The notes beneath the pieces were generated by a model. That model was not told the origin of the DNA, did no database searches, and saw only the letters and a program-made list of their open reading frames with translations. A DNA stretch of 54,793 nucleotides from an uncultured bacterium (GTDB taxonomy: Bacteria > Patescibacteriota > Microgenomatia > UBA1400 > CG1-02-47-37), in NCBI GenBank assembly GCA_963980215.1, contig CAXBYZ010000004.1, positions 1 to 54,793 on the forward strand, read 5' to 3'. A program made the position numbers and the translations under genes. Below are positions 48,881-54,793 of this stretch, piece by piece (the first letter of the stretch is position 1; the number at the start of each line of letters is the position of its first letter).

Positions 48881-51366
48881 TGTTCGGCGAGACTACATTT
48901 ATTAAGATGAAATTTTGCTTCAAGGTCTTCTGGGGCACAAACAGGGTTACCCCCTTCGTAAATCTCGAAATGAAGATGTTCTGGGGTAGTAGTAGCGTTT
49001 AGTCCGGTTTTATCGGTGGTGGCAACTACTTGGCCGACGGAGACTGACTCACCAGCCTGAACGTAAAGGGCACAGTTGTGGGAGTAGTAATAGGTTCGAC
49101 CATCTTTACCAACAATTGAAAAGTTAATTCCAGCGTTTTTATGGTTGAACTCAACATGGCCAATAACACCAGACACGTATGCAATAACTGGAGCACCGAC
49201 AACTTGATCTGATCCCGTCATGCCAACACCAAAGCCAATGTCGGTGGCCCAACTGGCGTCTCCCCAATGAGTGCAGGAAAGCCAATAATCAGAGCGAGCA
49301 ACAGGAAAGGCATATTGGCCATCATCAGAAAAAAGAATACTGCCTGGGGTGGGTGGAGGTTGGTCAGATAAAGCGCATTCGTAGGAAATTTTTTCTGAGG
49401 AGTTTTCTTCTGAAGAAGGGGATTGATGAAATGAGTCTTCAGGGGTAAAAGGGAGAAAAAAAGCGGAATTGATGGTTTGTTGTTGTTGGTGAATTATTAG
49501 AGCGGTGGGGATGATGGCACCGCCGATGCCGACTAAGGTTAAGCTGGTGGCAGTGGCGGCAGCGGCGGTGCCGGAAAGAGAAGAGAAAAACCCGGATATT
49601 GCCGAGCCTGCAGAACCAACAATGGCAGCGATATTGGGAAGATTATAGCCAAAGATTGCTCCTAAGGAGGTGCCGATGAGGCCGCCGGCAAAGAAGCCAA
49701 CAACGGTTCCAAGTCCAGGAAGAATCAGGGTGCCAATAAAGGCCCCTAAAAGAGAGCCAGCGAACCCCCAAAGACTACCAAAAAGGGCGGCGCTTAAAGC
49801 TTTAAGGGTGCTTAAAAGGGTTTGAAGGGCTTTGGCGCCAGCACCGGCCGAGTCGCCATATTGAGACTCTTTTTCTCTTTTTTCTTTGAGTTTTCTTAAA
49901 GTGGATTTAAAAAATGAAAAGGCAAATTTTAAGACGACTAAAGGGATGCCAATACCGCTGGCGGTGCCAAGAATTGTGCCCCCAAGGTCGGTGAGGAACT
50001 TGATACTTAATTTTTTACCCAACCAGGCAATACTGCGACCAGTTTGTTTGATTGTCCAAGCACCAACCCTTTTTCTAATTCCATTCGGACTCCATTTATT
50101 CCAAAAAGATTTGGTTTTCATTCTGGCTAAACGGAGGCGGGCAATGCGATGACGACGCTCAGGAGTTTTAACTTTGGCGCTTCTAGCCCATGATTTTACG
50201 TCCTTTTTAACCTTGCTTTTAACACTACTGACGGCATTATTAAACCTCATTCTGGGGGCGATAGCCCAGCCAAGAGGATTGGTTTGTTTAAATTCACTCA
50301 CGGCTTTGGTAAAGTCTTTATAGTGACCATCGACTTTGGTATAAAAATTAAAAGGATGTTCGAGAATTTTATTGGCACCGATTAAGGATTTTTGATGAGC
50401 TTTGTAGATGGGGTGATAGAGTTTTTGGGCAACAAAGACTTGAGGCTTGAGAGTGGCAGCAGAGAGATGGCCGGAGAGCCCCATTTGATGGGTAGGGTCG
50501 GTGGGTGTAGAAACAAGGTCGTGAATTCTTGAAACTTCAGTTTGGAGGTCTTTAGAGAGGCGTTCATCAGCTGAGGAAAAACCGGACTTGGTATAAGCAA
50601 GAGCGAGGGGGGAGACACCCATGGCATTTGCTTGGCGAATAGTTTTGGCATCGACTCCCGGCTTGAAAGGGGTAAAGGGGGTGGTTCGGGGAAGGGGGTC
50701 GGTAGAAGCTTGAACATAGTGATGGACTTGGTCGGTATTTTTGAGTAAAGTGTTGGCAAATTGGGCAACCACAACCTGATTTAAACCAAATTTATCAGAT
50801 TGAGCGGCCAAGTCTTTGATGGCCTGGTTGATTCTATTGGGAGTTGGATGATTGATAATGTCTGGCTGGTTTCTTAGGTGTTGAAGCATTTGAGAAGCTT
50901 GTTCCGGTTTGATACCAAAGTCACTTTCTAAGCCTTCAAGAAGTTGGGTGGCAAGAACTTCGCTATCAAGAGGTTTTGGAGTCTTTTTGGCGGCGGCTTT
51001 GGCGGCGTTTTGGGCGTCTTCGTTAGTGAGGTTTTCTCCGATGGATGAGGCAATTTGGTCGCGAATTTTTTGAGGAATTAGATTATTAAACTTGTTATTG
51101 AATTCTGCCTCTCTTTGAATGGCTTTGGCTATGGCTAGCTCTTTGGCATCTTGATAGCTTTCTGGGTCAAGATTGGGGGTTTGTTTGAGTTCCTGAATAA
51201 CTTGATGGCTAATTTGATCTGAGACCTCTTGAGCCATTTGTTGGCGGAATTCTTCAGGATAGGAGCTGTCAACAATTTTTAGAATGGCGGAGCCAACTTG
51301 ATTGACAATACCATTTTTTACGAGATTTAGGTAGTAATTTGAGCGAGAAGAATCTTGGTCGGGCAT
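48868..51366 (-). CDS. large membrane protein with a C-terminal M23 peptidase domain
   Basis: Gly-zipper TM region; 'THW...ATDI', 'YYYSH', 'TPEHLHFE'. Confidence 0.75.
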   Translation of the reverse strand: MPDQDSSRSNYYLNLVKNGIVNQVGSAILKIVDSSYPEEFRQQMAQEVSDQISHQVIQELKQTPNLDPESYQDAKELAIAKAIQREAEFNNKFNNLIPQKIRDQIASSIGENLTNEDAQNAAKAAAKKTPKPLDSEVLATQLLEGLESDFGIKPEQASQMLQHLRNQPDIINHPTPNRINQAIKDLAAQSDKFGLNQVVVAQFANTLLKNTDQVHHYVQASTDPLPRTTPFTPFKPGVDAKTIRQANAMGVSPLALAYTKSGFSSADERLSKDLQTEVSRIHDLVSTPTDPTHQMGLSGHLSAATLKPQVFVAQKLYHPIYKAHQKSLIGANKILEHPFNFYTKVDGHYKDFTKAVSEFKQTNPLGWAIAPRMRFNNAVSSVKSKVKKDVKSWARSAKVKTPERRHRIARLRLARMKTKSFWNKWSPNGIRKRVGAWTIKQTGRSIAWLGKKLSIKFLTDLGGTILGTASGIGIPLVVLKFAFSFFKSTLRKLKEKREKESQYGDSAGAGAKALQTLLSTLKALSAALFGSLWGFAGSLLGAFIGTLILPGLGTVVGFFAGGLIGTSLGAIFGYNLPNIAAIVGSAGSAISGFFSSLSGTAAAATATSLTLVGIGGAIIPTALIIHQQQQTINSAFFLPFTPEDSFHQSPSSEENSSEKISYECALSDQPPPTPGSILFSDDGQYAFPVARSDYWLSCTHWGDASWATDIGFGVGMTGSDQVVGAPVIAYVSGVIGHVEFNHKNAGINFSIVGKDGRTYYYSHNCALYVQAGESVSVGQVVATTDKTGLNATTTPEHLHFEIYEGGNPVCAPEDLEAKFHLNKCSLAEQCNP

Positions 51367-51405
51367 AGCTATAATTAGTATAGCAGAGGAGGGGTTGTTC
51401 GGCTC

Positions 51406-51432
51406 ACATGAAGGTTACGAACCTTCATGTAG
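51406..51432 (+). repeat. RAYT-flanking palindrome (3' of the gene)
   Basis: ACATGAAGGTT-ACG-AACCTTCATGT-AG; identical to 52124-52150. Confidence 0.95.
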
Positions 51433-51435
51433 AAA

Positions 51436-52062
51436 CTATTCTAAGGATAGCTTTGTAAGTTTTTGGGCTATATTTTCTTTGGTGGGGGAGGAAAGAAAAC
51501 TTGAATAATTCTTGGTTAGTTTTAAGACATATTCCGGATACAGCCAGTCTGTGGGATCGGTTTTTTTAAGATATTCTGGTAGAGAAGAATATGAGGTTTT
51601 GTGGAGATGAATGTATTTTGAGAGTTGCAATAACTGTTCACTGGAATCAACAACTACATTTTTGTAGCGACCCTGGAAGATAGCGCCGGAATGTTTGTGA
51701 TGGCTTTGAAAGTACATGGCATAGGTAATCATTAATCTTCGCATAAGATTAGAAATGTTGGTTTTATTGTCTGCAGTGGGCATGGGTTTTAAAATGAAGT
51801 GAAAGTGGTTGGGCATGAGACAGTAGGCAACAATTCTAACGGAGTCAACATGAAGGTTACGAACCTTACTGTAGGGTTTTTGGACGGTGTCTTTGTAGGA
51901 GAAATATTTGGCAGTAGGGAATTTTAGGTAGTAGATGAGAATTTCAATGAAAGTGTCGTAATCTTTTTTGTCTTTAAAGATTTTATGTTTGTAAGCACCA
52001 CGATTAAAGATGTGATAAAAATGTTGAGGTCTGAAATTTCTATTGTAATACTCACTGGGCAT
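51436..52062 (-). mobile_element. HUH/Y1 tyrosine transposase, REP-associated (RAYT, IS200-like Y1_Tnp)
   Basis: 'FYHIFNRG', 'AYCLMPNHFH' (HUH), 'GAIFQGRYK', 'YIH', 'YSS'; palindromes on both sides; no tnpB. Confidence 0.9.
51848..51874 (+). repeat. palindrome copy inside the RAYT coding sequence
   Basis: ACATGAAGGTTACGAACCTTACTGTAG, identical to 52078-52104; encodes YSKVRNLHV. Confidence 0.93.
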
Positions 52063-52077
52063 TAATTTAAGTATAGC

Positions 52078-52150
52078 ACATGAAGGTTACGAACCTTACT
52101 GTAGCGCGAGGGCTTGGGGTGTTACATGAAGGTTACGAACCTTCATGTAG
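52078..52150 (+). repeat. two tandem RAYT-flanking palindromes (5' of the gene)
   Basis: 52078-52104 and 52124-52150; the second supplies the TAA of ORF 52133-52474. Confidence 0.95.
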
Positions 52151-52474
52151 GAGCTGGTGCTTGAGGGCTTCGACTTCTTCTTTTGATTGGGTCTCGTCGA
52201 TTTTGACTAGAAGTTTGTTAAAGATTTCATTTTCGGCGTTGGTGAAGTCTTTTTTCTCGTAGTTGGCTTCTCCTTTGGTCATCTCATCAAACATTTGGTC
52301 TTGCTTGGCTTTGACCAGAACTTGATAGCTCATGGAGATAGCTTGCCAACATTGGGTGGATATTAAGAACTGCTGAGATTCTGACATTGAAGGTAGGGCA
52401 TCTAAAACTTTTTGTTTGGTTTTATTGTTTAAGGGAGTAATGGTAACTAGTTGTTTTAAAGAGATTGGCAACAT
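52133..52474 (-). CDS. hypothetical helical protein
   Basis: 113 aa ORF starting 3 nt after the upstream ORF stop. Confidence 0.6.
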   Translation of the reverse strand: MLPISLKQLVTITPLNNKTKQKVLDALPSMSESQQFLISTQCWQAISMSYQVLVKAKQDQMFDEMTKGEANYEKKDFTNAENEIFNKLLVKIDETQSKEEVEALKHQLLHEGS

Positions 52475-52477
52475 ATT

Positions 52478-54721
52478 TTAAATAAATGATGATTTATATT
52501 GTTCTTGCTGTTCTTGGCTTAAGTTTTGGGCTAGGGGGGGCAAGCTGCCGAAGATGGCATATAGAACAGCTAAGTCCATGCCGTGAACTGAACTAGGGTT
52601 GGCTAAAATATGAGCTTTTAATTTATCGCTATTGCCCTTGCTAAATTTGTCTGGGCTTGTTCCTTCGGAAATATCTTTAACTTCGTCTTGAGTGGGTTGA
52701 GGTAGATCAGCGCTGTCTATCATATCTTTGGAGTATGGATTTTGTTTTAAGCCGGCTAAAGAAACAGCTCCAAGTTCGGCCAATTTGTCTTTGCTGATAT
52801 TCTCTCTTTTGTAGGTTTGCACAGCCTGATCTCTTAATTCTTTTTGAGCCTCAGCAACTCTCTTTTTAACCTCAGTGTTTTTTAGGGCTAAGTTTTTAGA
52901 GTTAGTCATCAAAGTGGAGTAATGAGTATTACTTGGAAGAGGAAGATCATTAACTAAGTAATTGTCTAAGTGAAATTTGGTGTAAGCATCTATGTTATTA
53001 AGACTCATAGAAATACCTGATGTTTTGATGTCATCGATGGCATCTATTCGAGCTTGAGCGTTGGCCAACACGTGGTAATGTTTAAGAACTTCTGGATCGT
53101 CATCGCCAAGCTCAGTTTTTATTTGATCTTCAGCTTGAGCTTTATATTTTGAAAGATCTTCTCTGTCAGAAACATCTTTTTTGTAGTCTAACGGATCTTT
53201 ACCCTCTTTAAATTGAGGTTTGCCAGTGGTTGGGTCAAGAATAAGCGTGCCATCTTCGTTGTGTTTAAAGAAGGTGGTGATGGCGGTTGAGATGTCTGTC
53301 TCAGTGGCTTTTTGGCCTTTGAGTTGGTCTAATTTTTTGCCGTGAGCAATAAGAGTGGCAAGTTGTTTAGGGTTGGCTTTAGAGAGGTCTAAATTTTCAA
53401 ATTTTTCTAGAACCGGTAAAATTTCTGACTCTGAACTGATTTGGTCAAGTCTTCGTAAAAGTAGGGTGTGGGCGGCGTCGATTTTTAGAGTCCAAGGGCC
53501 ATCTTTGAGTTGATTTATGATGCCTGTAGATTCTCCTGCAACTAAAGCAACTCTTTGAGGGTCGGTTAGAGTATCAAGAGCTTTTAGAAAGGCTTCGGGG
53601 GAGGAGGAGTCTGGATTAAGAGTGATTGGCAGTCCTAAGCTGTTTAAGTAGGTGGATAAGTCTTTAAAAGAGGTGGGGTCATTTAAGGCGACGGAGATAA
53701 TGGTTTCGTAATCGGAAGCTTGAGACGAGGTAAGGTCTTTATGGATGTATTTTCTATAGTCGTCTAAAGAATTGATATCGGCGGCGGTTTCGGCGTGTCT
53801 TTGAAAACCGCCTTTTCGAAGTTCGGCTAGGCTGTCTTGAGAACAAGCTTCGGCGATGCCAGCAAAGCCTTTGTTTTTGGCTTGTTCAATGAGAGCGGTT
53901 TTGCCACTGACTTCGGAAGCCTCACTAGTAATTAACCTTTCTAGGTTGGTGCTAGTGCCGGCTTCGATAAAGGCAAGTAGGGCTTTAGTTTCGGCTGGTG
54001 TGGTTCTTAAGTCAAATTTAGCAATTCTTTCAGGAGTTAGGCCACCCATAAAGTTTAGTTGTTTGTTTTCACTTTTTTTTGATAATCTAAAATTTTCTGG
54101 TTGAACGTGGCCAAACCAGCGATCCCTCATAGCTAATTGAAGGCTTAATCGTCTTAATATTCTAAGATTACTGATGGGAATGATGGCTCCACGAAAAAGT
54201 TTGTGTTCGTTTTGGAGGTGCTGGCGGGTGAGTAGAGCAAGTTCTTGAGGGTCTGATTCTCTGTTAAGACTAATTTTCCCTAAGCCTGCTTTCCATTTTG
54301 ATTCGCCGGAGTAAGCTCTGATTAAGAAGTTATTAATATCGTTTTGAGAATTAAATGTACCGCCGGTAAGGGTGGTAATTTCGGCGGGGGGGTAACCGTT
54401 TTGACCAAAGACGGTTAGAAAAGCCAAGAGTCTTTTGGTGTTTTCTGGGTCACCATCAAAATTATCTTTATTGTTTTGAAGCTCAATGATTCTTTTTTGA
54501 AAGCCGGTGAATTCTTGGCCGGTTTTTTTCTGATCTTGATCCCAAATAGTAACAACTCTTTCTATTAGAGATTTTTGGCGCTTGTGGATTCGACTAACAT
54601 TAACTTCGCGGTTTCCCGTTTTCCCATGAACATTATAGAAATCCTTAACCTCAGCCTTTCCGGATCGGGGAGCTTCGGATATTTGAGGAACAACTTTGGT
54701 CATAATTATTTTGTTTAACAA
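52478..54721 (-). CDS. large hypothetical protein
   Basis: 747 aa open frame with no recognisable motif. Confidence 0.65.
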   Translation of the reverse strand: MLNKIIMTKVVPQISEAPRSGKAEVKDFYNVHGKTGNREVNVSRIHKRQKSLIERVVTIWDQDQKKTGQEFTGFQKRIIELQNNKDNFDGDPENTKRLLAFLTVFGQNGYPPAEITTLTGGTFNSQNDINNFLIRAYSGESKWKAGLGKISLNRESDPQELALLTRQHLQNEHKLFRGAIIPISNLRILRRLSLQLAMRDRWFGHVQPENFRLSKKSENKQLNFMGGLTPERIAKFDLRTTPAETKALLAFIEAGTSTNLERLITSEASEVSGKTALIEQAKNKGFAGIAEACSQDSLAELRKGGFQRHAETAADINSLDDYRKYIHKDLTSSQASDYETIISVALNDPTSFKDLSTYLNSLGLPITLNPDSSSPEAFLKALDTLTDPQRVALVAGESTGIINQLKDGPWTLKIDAAHTLLLRRLDQISSESEILPVLEKFENLDLSKANPKQLATLIAHGKKLDQLKGQKATETDISTAITTFFKHNEDGTLILDPTTGKPQFKEGKDPLDYKKDVSDREDLSKYKAQAEDQIKTELGDDDPEVLKHYHVLANAQARIDAIDDIKTSGISMSLNNIDAYTKFHLDNYLVNDLPLPSNTHYSTLMTNSKNLALKNTEVKKRVAEAQKELRDQAVQTYKRENISKDKLAELGAVSLAGLKQNPYSKDMIDSADLPQPTQDEVKDISEGTSPDKFSKGNSDKLKAHILANPSSVHGMDLAVLYAIFGSLPPLAQNLSQEQQEQYKSSFI

Positions 54722-54793
54722 CCATTGTAGTATTAAAGTCGAGATTTAGTCAATTGATTGGTATAATATGACATATGGCGGATAAGGAGGCTA

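Noticed and set aside
51428-51432. Canonical REP GTAG tetranucleotide
   Set aside because: GTAG lies at the 3' side of the hairpin here, whereas classical REPs carry it at the 5' foot, so equivalence is not claimed.
51406-52150. CRISPR array interpretation of the 27-bp repeats
   Set aside because: Spacing is irregular (442, 230, 46 bp), one copy is inside a CDS, and no cas genes are present; the pattern fits transposase-associated palindromes.

Overview
This 54.8-kb window looks like chromosomal DNA from a small-genome, AT-rich bacterium. Gene content (VirB4/PrgI cluster, DUF4012 fusion, many GT-C membrane proteins, compact operons) suggests Patescibacteria/CPR, probably Microgenomates-like; this is an inference. 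Housekeeping genes include metG, tatD, groES-groEL, ruvCAB, valS, rplY, the rpmH-rnpA-yidD-yidC-jag-rnhA operon, and dnaA-(DnaA-box cluster)-dnaN. The window also has a tRNA-Cys, a cell-envelope glycosylation operon, four toxin-antitoxin modules with palindromic operators, a Fic-MerR fusion and a VirB4/PrgI/M23 cluster. The most striking signal is about 27 copies of a family of short triloop-hairpin elements (main core AGGTT-[C/A]CG-AAC[C/T], plus three related stem families). They occur as singlets, as inverted doublets with structured cargo, and as nested composites. Most lie inside protein-coding genes without breaking the frame (tatD, fic, valS twice, ruvC, the VirB4-like gene, a GT-C gene twice, and about ten in one nucleotidyltransferase-cytidylyltransferase ORF). 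Four near-identical copies surround and enter an HUH/Y1 REP-associated tyrosine transposase (RAYT-like) gene at 51436-52062. Copies show compensatory base changes and share one strand polarity regardless of host-gene direction. The working hypothesis is a RAYT-mobilised, REP/REPIN-like system that inserts peptides into coding genes. All coordinates were read by eye and no database search was run.
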